Shown piece by piece: positions 53,882-62,725 of a DNA stretch of 64,000 nt. Location of the stretch: contig JAUQXK010000089.1 of assembly GCA_030834695.1 (NCBI GenBank), forward strand, positions 192,174-256,173, in the 5' to 3' direction. The notes beneath the pieces are model-generated. The model was not told the DNA's origin. It saw only the letters and a list, made by a program, of their open reading frames with translations, and made no database searches. This DNA comes from Desulfobacterales bacterium. Lineage in GTDB: Bacteria > Desulfobacterota > Desulfobacteria > Desulfobacterales > SpSt-501. A program made the translations under genes and the position numbers. Within the stretch, counting starts at the first letter, position 1. Every line of letters starts with the position of its first letter.

Positions 53882-54736
53882 TCATCCGATGGCCAGCGCC
53901 ACCACCCCGCAGACGATAGCGACGGCCGCTGGGATGCGGCGGCGGGCGTCGCCCTCGGAGAGCCAGCGGGTGCCCATGACCGTTCCGATGAGGATGCTCA
54001 CTTCGCGGGCCGGGGCGATGTAGCTGACCGGGGTGCTGACCAGCGCCGTGAGGACCAGGATGTAGGACAGCGGGCAGAGGATTCCGATGGCGACGATCTG
54101 CCGTCGATGGCGACACCACTCCCGCTGCGCCTCATTCCAGCGGCGCCATGCGATCGGCGCGAGCAGGAGGACGCGGCCGACGTCGATGGCATAGACCAGC
54201 AGCAGCGGCGGGATCCGATAGGTGCTGACGCCCAGCTTGTCGACCAGGGTGTAGGTGGCGATGGCCACTCCGGTCAGCAGGCCGTAGCCGACCGCTTTGC
54301 GGTTGCGCAGAGGGGATGCTGAGCCGCCCGCCAGCGCGAAAACCCCGCTGGCGACGAGCAAGCCGCCGACGATGGCCAGCATCGTGGGCCGCTCCTGGAA
54401 CAGCACGATCGCCAGCACCATCGACAACGCGGGGCCGGTGCCGCGCGCCAAGGGATAAACCAGGGACAGGTCGCCCACCCGGTAGCCCCGTTGCAGCAGC
54501 AGAAAATAGATCAGATGAACGACGATGGTCGCGACGACGACCCCCAGCTCGGGCAGTCCGATGCTCGGCTGGGACCCATAGAAGACCATAACCGCCAACG
54601 GCGCATAAGCCAGCGAAGAAACTCCGGCAAAGAGCCAGACGAACACCGGCCCGCCCCCGGCCTGTTTGGCCAGGTAGTTCCAGCCGGCATGGACGAAGCC
54701 GGCCGCCAGCAGCAGGGACAGGGCAAAGGCGGTCAT
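53882..54736 (-). CDS. EamA/DMT-family transporter
   Basis: Ten predicted TM helices in two EamA-like halves. 284 aa. Confidence 0.82.
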   Translation of the reverse strand: MTAFALSLLLAAGFVHAGWNYLAKQAGGGPVFVWLFAGVSSLAYAPLAVMVFYGSQPSIGLPELGVVVATIVVHLIYFLLLQRGYRVGDLSLVYPLARGTGPALSMVLAIVLFQERPTMLAIVGGLLVASGVFALAGGSASPLRNRKAVGYGLLTGVAIATYTLVDKLGVSTYRIPPLLLVYAIDVGRVLLLAPIAWRRWNEAQREWCRHRRQIVAIGILCPLSYILVLTALVSTPVSYIAPAREVSILIGTVMGTRWLSEGDARRRIPAAVAIVCGVVALAIG

Positions 54737-54778
54737 GTTGAAAATTCCCTTGCGGCCATGCGTGTTGCCATTACGGAG

Positions 54779-56515
54779 TCATTTCTTCGAAGCCAGCTTG
54801 AGGTAGTTGGCATAAAGCCGGGGGTGGACCCGGGAGTGGCGATCGAAATCGGCCAGGATTTCCATACCCGGCACGATCGCACGCACCACCGGCAGCCCGA
54901 TGTCGCTGCGGGTGAGATCGGCGTAGATCAGGCGGAATCCGTTGGCGAGCAGAAGCGTTTCCATCGTCCGCAGATCCTCTTCGGGGGCACCGCAGGCATA
55001 ATTGGGCAAGGCTTCGACCGGCACGCGTACCAGCCCCTCCATGGCCGGCTGCGACGACGGTCCGCCGGGATATGGAAAAGGGGTTTCGGTGAGCGCTGCG
55101 AGCAGGGCCCGCCGAGCGTCCAGGTGTGCGCCCGTGCCCTTGGCGATCCGGCCGTCGGCGGCCGCTACGAAACATTTGCAGCAGGGCATCCCCATGGCGG
55201 GCGTCAGGTCCTGGAACTGGAGGTGGATCCCGTTGGTGCGATAGCTCTCCAGCAGGGCCGCCAAACGCTCATCCCGGGTTTCGATTTCAAAACAAAGCGC
55301 ACGGTCGAAGGGGGTCGTTCCCTCGCAGTCCCTCTCGACAACCTCGCTCAGCGCGCTGAGCCTGGCCCCTGCCATCGTCACGCCGGCGCCCAATCCGGTG
55401 GAACCCAGGGCCGAGAAAAGCTTGATCTCGTCCAGGTTGCAGAAAAGAAACACGCACTGGGCCGGGATGAATACCGATCGGGATCCGGCCAGGGTCTGCT
55501 CCTGGGCTTCCAGCCAGTAAAGCGGCTCGTCCCGGTATGGCGCCTCCAGGGCCAGGCCGTTGGGGTCGAGCGCCGCCACCTGATCCCTGCGCAGGTCCGA
55601 GAGGCGGCCGTGAACCACGTTCGGGGGATCGGCGTATCCGGACGGGCCCCGGCCATCGAAGCTGGCGAAGGATGAGCAGCGCTCGACCACCTCCATGGCA
55701 CAGGCCGCCCGCGCCGCCTCGAAATCGATCCCCCGGCCGTAGGCCGTGAGCTCTCCCGAGAGCGCCAAATCATGCCGGCCGCTGCTGACCGCGGTTTTCA
55801 TCTGCCAGCGTCTCAGCAGAGCGATCGGACTGAGCGAAGCGGTGTGGCGCATCTCGTTTCCGACGGTTACACCGGCCTGGCGCAGCCGCTCCAGGGCCAG
55901 GGCGTGCACTTGCTCCGGGCCGAGCGCCGGCGCAACGGCCTTCTCCGAAAGCGGCCGGGATTGCTCAAAGAGCTGCTTCAACGTCGCACGCGGTTCCAGG
56001 AGCTTTTTGATGCTGGTTTCGGAGACCGGCGCCGCCCATCCGATGGCCGCCGAGTCCGGCAGCGGCCGGTGTTCAAGAATGTTTTCGCGGAAAAGCGCGA
56101 TCCAGTTTCGGTGTCGGCCGCGATCCCTGAGGAGATGCGATTTGAGGTCAATCAGGGGAGTGTGCGCTGCAAGCGACTTGAGCTTTTTCAGGGGAAAATT
56201 CCGCTGATATTTCTTCGGATGGGGGAGGACCTGGGACGCCTCCCACAGCAGCGCCTGGAGAAACCCGTCCTCCGGGTCGAGCTCTGCAACGCACTGTTTC
56301 AAACGAAGCTCGTCCCATCCCCGAATGATGCGCAAAAGATGCCTGCGCATGAACTCGTCGTTGGGGCGGCGGCGAGCGTAAGCCAGGAAGTTCTCATAAC
56401 CGAGATCCATCCCGGGGATGCACCCAAAATACCCCGTTGCCGACTCCGTGGTCAGCAGGCGCAGCTCATAAGTTATTTTTTGGGGACCGGGTTGTACCAT
56501 ATCAGCCGGAAGCAA
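54779..56515 (-). CDS. YcaO-domain protein with about 195-aa N-terminal extension
   Basis: YGRGIDFEAARAACAMEVVERCSSF and STGLGAGVTMAGARLSALSEVVERD correspond to YcaO ATP/Mg motifs (compare E. coli NGKGATKKAALASALGEYFER and SEVFERY). RAIVPGME near the C-terminus. Start is TTG 56515 or ATG 56500. Confidence 0.85.
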   Translation of the reverse strand: MLPADMVQPGPQKITYELRLLTTESATGYFGCIPGMDLGYENFLAYARRRPNDEFMRRHLLRIIRGWDELRLKQCVAELDPEDGFLQALLWEASQVLPHPKKYQRNFPLKKLKSLAAHTPLIDLKSHLLRDRGRHRNWIALFRENILEHRPLPDSAAIGWAAPVSETSIKKLLEPRATLKQLFEQSRPLSEKAVAPALGPEQVHALALERLRQAGVTVGNEMRHTASLSPIALLRRWQMKTAVSSGRHDLALSGELTAYGRGIDFEAARAACAMEVVERCSSFASFDGRGPSGYADPPNVVHGRLSDLRRDQVAALDPNGLALEAPYRDEPLYWLEAQEQTLAGSRSVFIPAQCVFLFCNLDEIKLFSALGSTGLGAGVTMAGARLSALSEVVERDCEGTTPFDRALCFEIETRDERLAALLESYRTNGIHLQFQDLTPAMGMPCCKCFVAAADGRIAKGTGAHLDARRALLAALTETPFPYPGGPSSQPAMEGLVRVPVEALPNYACGAPEEDLRTMETLLLANGFRLIYADLTRSDIGLPVVRAIVPGMEILADFDRHSRVHPRLYANYLKLASKK

Positions 56516-56566
56516 TTTTGGGCGTGTTGCGCCGCATTATCGGAAACGAAGTCGATCGGCGCCATT

Positions 56567-56605
56567 CCTCCCTTTTCCGCCCTTTGAAAAAGGGGGCCGG
56601 GGGAT
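56567..56605. repeat. short palindromic unit of the CCCTTTxAAAAGGG-CCGGGGGAT family
   Basis: CCTCCCTTTTCCGCCCTTTGAAAAAGGGGGCCGGGGGAT. Related to the units at 41069-41208 and 39479-39525. Confidence 0.55.
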
Positions 56606-56762
56606 GTTGAAATCGGCCTTTTCGGAAATTAGCAGACTCAATCCATTAAAGCCAATTCTTTCAACACCTCGCAAACAGGTCCGGCTGCATTGGCGCGTCC
56701 CGGTTGGATGGTTATCTTCGATCCGAATCGGCTTTGTTTCATCTCGACCCAGGAGGAATACC

Positions 56763-57527
56763 ATGAAGAACCGATCCGCAGTTTTCCTGTTGGCATTGCT
56801 GGGAGTTCTTGGCTCCGGCCGGCTGGCGGATGCCCAGCCGGGAGCGCTTTCATCGGGCGCTCCCCTGCCACCCGAGAAGGGGGTGCCGCCCATCGACGCC
56901 GTCGTGCCGGATCATCTGGCGACGGCCACGTTTGCTCTGGGCTGATTTTGGGGCCCGGACTCCAGGTTCGGAGTCCTGGACGGCGTGGTCCGGACGCGGG
57001 TCGGGTACGCGGGCGGAACCCGCGAGAACCCGACTTACCATCATCTGGGCGACCACGCCGAAACCCTTCAGATCGATTATGATCCCGAGCGCATCAGTTT
57101 CGAAAGACTGCTTGAGTACTTTTGGAGCGAGCACGATCCGACGAGCAGGGCCTGGTCCACGCAGTACAAGGCGGTCGTCTTTTACCACAGCGACGATCAG
57201 AAACGCCTGGCCGAGGAATCCCGGGACCGCCTGGCGGCGAAGCTCAAACGGCGCGTGTTCACCGAGGTGACCCCCTTCAGCCGGTTCTATCCGGCCGAGG
57301 CCTATCACCAGAAGTACTACCTGCGCCAGAACAGGCGACTGCTGCAGGAAATGCAGCGCTACTATATGCAAGACGCCAAGCTGATGAACTCCACCGCCGC
57401 CGCCCGCGTCAACGGATATCTCGGCCGCTTCGGAACGGCCGAGGGGCTCAAGGTCGAGATCGATCGGTTGGGCCTCTCCGAAGACGCCAGGCGGGAATTG
57501 CAGGAAACGGTTGGGGCCGGAAGCTAA
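56763..57527 (+). CDS. msrA: peptide-methionine (S)-S-oxide reductase MsrA with signal peptide and in-frame TGA (probable selenocysteine) at the catalytic position
   Basis: ATG 56763 with GGAGG SD. Same frame as ORF 56985-57527. TGA at 56943-56945 falls in ATFALG-U-FWG, the GCFWG catalytic motif. Downstream RVGYAGGTRENPTYHHLGDHAETLQIDYDP...YHQKYY is colinear with MsrA. Confidence 0.8.
56955..56979 (+). promoter_or_regulatory. SECIS-like hairpin downstream of the msrA TGA
   Basis: GGACTCC (56957-56963) / GGAGTCC (56970-56976) stem with AGGTTC loop. It can be extended by CC/GG with a bulged T. It begins about 10 nt after the TGA. Confidence 0.55.
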
Positions 57528-57636
57528 TTGCCGTGCGGAATGTGCTCGGGATTGGACGAAGGATTTGTTTTCGCAAGGTCGATCCGGCCGGTTCGGCGTC
57601 GGTGCCTCTGCTGGCCCGAACCTCCGGCAGAGCGAC

Positions 57637-58374
57637 TCAGGGACTCGCGGCGAATAGCGGATAGGCATCGATAGGCGTCATGTCCCTCGCCCGGAGCAGC
57701 ATGAAATGCAGGTGGGTGGGGGATCGGGCCGGGTAGGCATTGGTTCCGGTGCGGCCCAGGGCTGCGATCAACGAACCGCCGCGCACGTTTTCGCCCAAGC
57801 CGACGCGGATGTCCTGAAGATGGGCGTAGTAGGAGAATATCTCGAGGGCGGGGTGATAGATCCAGACATAGTTGCCGCCCCGGATATGCCGGTGCGCTTC
57901 ATCCGGCGCCCACTCCTCGAAAACCGAGAGGACCACGCCGTCCGCCAGGGCCAGGACCTCTGCCGGCCGGCCGGTGCGGTCGTCCAGCCCGTCCTGATTG
58001 CGGTCACGAATGAAAATGTCCTGGGCCGGGTGGCCCTTGTGGCGGTTGCCGCCTAAAAACTCATAGCCCCCCGGCTGGTAACCTTCCCCGTTTTTGCCTC
58101 CGATCGACGGAACCCCATGGCCTCTTAGCGGGAAAAAGATCCGTCGGCCAAACCGTTCGGAGTCGTAGAGTTGCTCCAGGGCCTCGGCCCAGTGCGAGAT
58201 TTGGGCTCGGCCATCAGCCAGGCTCATCTCGCCGTCCCGCACGCGCCGCTCGAACTGCTGCCAGCCGCCGCTGCCATGAGTATCGTCGGCGAGGCAACGG
58301 CCGTGAGTGATCAGTAAAAGGCAGAGCACTGCCAGCCGGCACATCCGGCGTTGGTTCCAGGAACAGCGCTTCAA
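57637..58374 (-). CDS. M23 family metallopeptidase, secreted
   Basis: Signal-like N-terminus. HKGHPAQD (HxxxD) and SPTHLHF (HxH) motifs. ATGA overlap with the upstream gene. Confidence 0.85.
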   Translation of the reverse strand: MKRCSWNQRRMCRLAVLCLLLITHGRCLADDTHGSGGWQQFERRVRDGEMSLADGRAQISHWAEALEQLYDSERFGRRIFFPLRGHGVPSIGGKNGEGYQPGGYEFLGGNRHKGHPAQDIFIRDRNQDGLDDRTGRPAEVLALADGVVLSVFEEWAPDEAHRHIRGGNYVWIYHPALEIFSYYAHLQDIRVGLGENVRGGSLIAALGRTGTNAYPARSPTHLHFMLLRARDMTPIDAYPLFAASP

Positions 58375-58994
58375 GCGAAGATGCTTTCAGCCAGTTCCCG
58401 GCGCAGCCGCCGGGAGTGTTCTTCGATGGTGGCGAGGATCGCCGCAGCGCCCTCGGTGGCGGCCATTCGGGGTTTCAAGGCGGTGTAGAAGTCTTTTTCG
58501 ACCGTATTCAGCCGATTGAGGGTCAGCAGCAGGTTGGTGCGGTTGCGGTAGGCCGAGCGCACCAGGGTTTCAAAGCTGTCGCCGTTTGCGGCCAACAGGT
58601 CCGTGTAGTGGTCGACCAGCGCCTTCAGCCAGCAGGCGTAGGGCCGTTCCAAGTCATCCGCCAGGCCGGATTGCCGGGCGATTTGATCGATGTTCGGCTT
58701 GACCTCCGCCGTCAAGGCCTCGACCGCCAAGTCCACGGCTTTCCGACGGGTGGTCATGAACTCCCGGTCGAAGTTCATGCGGCCGGTCTTGTACCTCTGC
58801 ATACGGTAAACGAAGTATAGGAACAGCAGCGGGACGAGCACCATCCAGAAATTGACCTTGGGTTTCTCGAACACTGCGGCGCCAATGGCGTTGGCGAACA
58901 GCAGCTCGTGCTGGAGGATCCACTCTTTTTTGCGTTCCAGGCCCTTCATGGGTATCCGGTGATGGTTAAGAATCGGGTGCGATCGGGCGACCAA
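58371..58994 (-). CDS. hypothetical membrane protein
   Basis: One TM hairpin region (NFWMVLVPLLFLYFVY) then a helical domain. Start uncertain (TTG 58994 or ATG 58949). Confidence 0.55.
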   Translation of the reverse strand: MVARSHPILNHHRIPMKGLERKKEWILQHELLFANAIGAAVFEKPKVNFWMVLVPLLFLYFVYRMQRYKTGRMNFDREFMTTRRKAVDLAVEALTAEVKPNIDQIARQSGLADDLERPYACWLKALVDHYTDLLAANGDSFETLVRSAYRNRTNLLLTLNRLNTVEKDFYTALKPRMAATEGAAAILATIEEHSRRLRRELAESIFA

Positions 58995-59015
58995 CCGGGG
59001 TTCGCAAGACGGCGT

Positions 59016-59243
59016 CTATTTTCCACGAGGCGCGTAATCGAGGCTGTCGCGGATGCGTTCCGATCCTTCGGCCGGCTCTTCGAAGTCCGTATAATAAACG
59101 GCGGTGGCCCGCAGGCCGCGTTCGTCGATCACCCGGGCCATGTGCCTGGCGCCGGGCAGGAGCTGGGCGAGCGACCCGCCTACGAATATCAGCGCCCAGA
59201 TCAGGACAAATCCGACGATCAGTTTAAGCCAGGGCGAAAACAT
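59016..59243 (-). CDS. small hypothetical membrane protein
   Basis: MFSPWLKLIVGFVLIWALIFVGG TM then an acidic tail. An alternative ATG at 59303 would place a 16-bp perfect palindrome inside the CDS. Confidence 0.4.
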   Translation of the reverse strand: MFSPWLKLIVGFVLIWALIFVGGSLAQLLPGARHMARVIDERGLRATAVYYTDFEEPAEGSERIRDSLDYAPRGK

Positions 59244-59307
59244 CGGCTGCGGAGCCGAGGCCCCGCAGCCGATGTTTTCAGCGGTTGCGCATTTTACGCT
59301 CATGCCG

Positions 59308-61065
59308 TTAGATGGCGGCGGTGATCTCCGGGAACACGATATAGAACATGATATAGCCGACCAGCAGCGTGAAGGCGAGCTGGAAGGTCTGCCCGAAGAC
59401 GTAGAGGGTGATGGGCTTGCCGCCCTTGAAGTACTGGCCGAACTCCCTGAAGTTGGTCTCGAGACCGATGCAGGTGAAAGCCAGGGCGAAGAACCACTCG
59501 CGCGCAATGCGCGTGAAGCCGCGCAGCACGCCGTGGTCGATCATGACATTGCTCATATCCTTGCCCACGCTCTGGTCGATGATGGAGAAGACGATCGAAG
59601 CGATGATGAAGCCGATCACGAACTTCGGGAAGCGGTACCAGATTTCCCACCAGCTCACGGTGGCGCCGGCTTTGCAGTCCACTTTGGTGCACCAGTACAC
59701 GGCTACGCAGAAAGCCACGACACCGATCAACACGTTCTGGATCATCTTGATGGTCGCCGCGACGTAGAGGGCCTTGGGGCCCAAGAAGGCACCGGCCGCA
59801 GCCACGGCGCCCGTCGAGTCGATGGTGCTGCCCATCCAGGAGCCGGCCAGGATCTCGGGCATTCCGACCGCCTTGGCGAAGGCCGGCTGGCCCACCATGC
59901 AGATGGCCGTGAAGACCATGGACAAGCCGATGGCCAGCGTCAGCTCCTCCTTCTTGGCCCGGCAGGCCGCGGCGGTGGCGATGGCCGCCGAAACGCCGCA
60001 GACCGACATGTCGGAGGAGATGGTGATGTTCAGAGTCTTGGAAGGCATCTTGACGATCTTCTGGCCGAACCAGTAGGTCAGGATCAGGGTGACCGGCGTG
60101 CAAATCCAGGCGATGAAGATGCCCGGTTTGCCGATGGCCAAAATCTTGTTGAAAAGGATCTCGGCTCCGAGCAGAACGAGGCCGGTCTTGATGTAGAACT
60201 CGGTGCAGACCGCGGGCTGGATCCATTTGGGGGTGCCGATCGTGTTGCTGATGAGCAGGCCGAAGGCGATGGCCCACAGCGGGAAGCCGAAGCCCCAGTA
60301 CTTCATCAAGGCCTGGGTTTCGGCCATGTAGGCCAGGATGGCCAGAATGAAAACCGCCGGGAACCCGACGACGAACTGGCCGAACGGGGTGCCCATGATG
60401 GCTTTGCCGATGCCGAAGAAAACGGCCAGGATGACACATAATCCGATCAGGTAGGGGATTCGGTTGTAGGCTTTTACTTTGAACTTGCCCTCGGCCTTGG
60501 AGGCGGCGTCCTTGGCCTTCTGCCAGGCATTGACCTCTTTTTCGGCCGCCGCGTTGAGGGTTGCGTCCTTGAACCCGGCGGCCGCGGCTGCGGCCTGGGC
60601 GGTCTTGGCGCTCGCCAGGGCAGCGTCTGAAGCGGCTTTGGTCTTGTCCGCCGCCTCTTTGAACGGCGCGCCCATGGCCTTGGCGGTTTCCTCGCTGCGA
60701 TAGAGTGCGTCGATCGGGTTGGTATCCCAATCGCTGGGCGCGGACAGGAAGTTCTGGATGGTCTTGGCAAAATCCTGATTGGTGGCCCGGACGCCGCGTT
60801 TGGCGGACGAGGCGTTATGCCACTCGATGGTCTTGAACGGCGCCTTGGCGGCTTCCTCCTTCATGGTGGCGTTGTATTTTGGAATTTCGGCCGCTTTTTC
60901 CGGCGGCCGCGGCAGGTAGATGAGCAGTCCTACGATGAGAAGGAAGAAGCCCATCCACACGGCCATCCAGTCTTCTTTCTTGTAGAGGTCGCGAAGCGTG
61001 GTCTTGCCGCTTTCAATGACCACGTAATCCGGTTCCGCTTGCGGCTGCGTCTTGATTTCAGCCAT
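59308..61065 (-). CDS. YeiH/UPF0324 (putative sulfate exporter) family transporter with a long N-terminal TM + Ala/Lys-rich extension
   Basis: Start at ATG 61065 (AAGGAGG SD). The C-terminal region of about 370 aa is polytopic with GLVLLGAEI and SVCGVSAAIA, as in PF03601. The N-terminal 215 aa has one TM and an A/K-rich coil. Confidence 0.8.
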   Translation of the reverse strand: MAEIKTQPQAEPDYVVIESGKTTLRDLYKKEDWMAVWMGFFLLIVGLLIYLPRPPEKAAEIPKYNATMKEEAAKAPFKTIEWHNASSAKRGVRATNQDFAKTIQNFLSAPSDWDTNPIDALYRSEETAKAMGAPFKEAADKTKAASDAALASAKTAQAAAAAAGFKDATLNAAAEKEVNAWQKAKDAASKAEGKFKVKAYNRIPYLIGLCVILAVFFGIGKAIMGTPFGQFVVGFPAVFILAILAYMAETQALMKYWGFGFPLWAIAFGLLISNTIGTPKWIQPAVCTEFYIKTGLVLLGAEILFNKILAIGKPGIFIAWICTPVTLILTYWFGQKIVKMPSKTLNITISSDMSVCGVSAAIATAAACRAKKEELTLAIGLSMVFTAICMVGQPAFAKAVGMPEILAGSWMGSTIDSTGAVAAAGAFLGPKALYVAATIKMIQNVLIGVVAFCVAVYWCTKVDCKAGATVSWWEIWYRFPKFVIGFIIASIVFSIIDQSVGKDMSNVMIDHGVLRGFTRIAREWFFALAFTCIGLETNFREFGQYFKGGKPITLYVFGQTFQLAFTLLVGYIMFYIVFPEITAAI

Positions 61066-61282
61066 GAGAATCCTCCTTTGTTCTATTTGTGCGTTCTTGA
61101 TTTGCCGCTGATTCGTTATGCAGTGCAATTGAAGGATGACGCATCAATTTCATCCTGAGACGTTCGCAAATAATCGATGGCATGTCAAGCTTTTAAGAGC
61201 CTACGCTGTGGCAACTGCCGGCGCTGAAACCCCAGGGGTTTTCAAGAGAGGGTGTAAATCATGATGAACTCGTAAAAAGCCA

Positions 61283-62725
61283 TCAATCATGATTCCGGCA
61301 TGATTCCGGCAATAAGTCTGATACGGGAAGCTCCACCCGAAAGAGCGCGCCGGATGAAGGGGCGTTTTCAACGGTGATGTCTCCTCCGTGGGCACGGGCC
61401 ACGGCGCGGGCAAAGCTCAGGCCCAGGCCGGCGCCGGTCTGAGAGCGGCTGGGATCGCCGCGGTAGAAGCGCTCGAAAATGCGGGGTCGATCCGTTTCGG
61501 AAACGCCTGCGCCGGAGTCCCGGACGGCAATGCAAACGGAGCGGTCCGGATTCGGCTGAAGCGACACGCTCACCGCGCCGCCTTCAGGGGTGTACTTGAT
61601 GGCGTTGTCCAGGAGGTTTCCCAGCATGCGCTGGATGAGACGGACATCTCCGGAGATCTCAAGCCGCGCCGGGGCTTCCCAGGTCAATGCGATCTGTTTG
61701 TCTTCCGCCAGGGACTGGAAAAGCCCGCAGGCGTCCCGAACCACCGCGGCCAGGTCCAACTGCTTGGACTCCGGCCGGGTCACTCCGGCCTCGCTGCGCG
61801 AGATGAACAGCATGGTGTTGATCATTTCAAGCAGGCGGTCGCACTCCTCGATGGCGCTAGCCGCCATGGTCTCGTATTCATCGGCCGTCCCGCGGGAGGT
61901 GAGTGCGACCTCGGCCTGGCCGCGGATGCGCGTGATGGAGCTTTTCAGGTCATGGGCGATGTTGTCGGTCATCTCCTTAACGCCGTTCACCAGGGCCTGG
62001 ATGCGGTCCAGCATGCGGTTGAAGGTCGCGGCCAAGCGGTCGATTTCATCCCCGCCCCTGCCGGCCGGCACGCGTTCGGCCAGGCGGCCGTCGGCGGCGA
62101 TCCGCCGTGCCGTCCGGGTGACGGTTTCGACTCCGGCCAACGCCCGCCGCGCCATGAACCAACCGAACGCCACCGCCAAGGCGAACAGGCCGGCCATGGT
62201 CAAGACGAAGATCCGTTGAAAGGCCTCGATGAAGCGGGTCAAGTCGTCCATGGACTGGCCGAGATGGATGATCAGCCCCGGTCCGAGCAGCGCATAGACC
62301 ACGCGGATCTCGTGGCGGTGGTCGGGGGAACTGACCGTAGCGAAAAAAGGCTCTTTCTGCTCGAGCATGCGGCCGATGGCTTCGATCGAAACCGGGATGT
62401 TGTGAAAATAGGACATGTTGGACGATGAAAACAAGCGGCCGTCAGGGTATAGCAGCTGCACGAATATCTTTTTCTCGCCTGCTGCGCGGGATTCGAGCAG
62501 GGCCTGCCGTTTGGCCGCTTCGACCCCCTGCAGGGCCATCACCGAGGAAAAGGTGCGGACTTCAGCCAGGAGGTCCTGGTCGGCGCGGCCGCGGATGGTT
62601 TCGGTGATGAGATAATAGAAAAAGGCGAAGGCGACCGCAGCGGAAAAAAGAAAAATGCCCGCATACCAGAGGGTCAAGCGGAAAGCCAGCGTGCGGCGGA
62701 TTTCAATCAGACGCTTTAAGAACAT
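61283..62725 (-). CDS. sensor histidine kinase (two TM, HAMP, HisKA, HATPase_c), CusS/heavy-metal-sensor-like
   Basis: H-box MTDNIAHDLKSSIT, N-box GNLLDNAIKYT, G-boxes DSGAGV and GAGLGLSFA. Overlaps the regulator gene. Confidence 0.88.
   Translation of the reverse strand: MFLKRLIEIRRTLAFRLTLWYAGIFLFSAAVAFAFFYYLITETIRGRADQDLLAEVRTFSSVMALQGVEAAKRQALLESRAAGEKKIFVQLLYPDGRLFSSSNMSYFHNIPVSIEAIGRMLEQKEPFFATVSSPDHRHEIRVVYALLGPGLIIHLGQSMDDLTRFIEAFQRIFVLTMAGLFALAVAFGWFMARRALAGVETVTRTARRIAADGRLAERVPAGRGGDEIDRLAATFNRMLDRIQALVNGVKEMTDNIAHDLKSSITRIRGQAEVALTSRGTADEYETMAASAIEECDRLLEMINTMLFISRSEAGVTRPESKQLDLAAVVRDACGLFQSLAEDKQIALTWEAPARLEISGDVRLIQRMLGNLLDNAIKYTPEGGAVSVSLQPNPDRSVCIAVRDSGAGVSETDRPRIFERFYRGDPSRSQTGAGLGLSFARAVARAHGGDITVENAPSSGALFRVELPVSDLLPESCRNHD

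Noticed and set aside
56638-56739. 33-aa minus-strand ORF (MKQSRFGSKITIQPGRANAAGPVCEVLKELALMD) as a YcaO precursor peptide
   Set aside because: No SD, it overlaps the msrA promoter/SD region, and it has no Cys/Ser/Thr-rich core typical of YcaO substrates.
56985-57527. Stand-alone 180-aa MsrA fragment starting at GTG 56985
   Set aside because: It would lack the catalytic GCFWG region and has no SD. The upstream in-frame sequence continues the MsrA alignment through the TGA, so a single Sec-containing gene (or a very recent pseudogene) explains it better.
59104-60441. 445-aa plus ORF, and 59300-60730 minus (476 aa) in an alternative frame
   Set aside because: They overlap the YeiH-family gene, which has a coherent polytopic membrane sequence. 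These alternatives are Asp/Gly/Arg/His-rich shadows.
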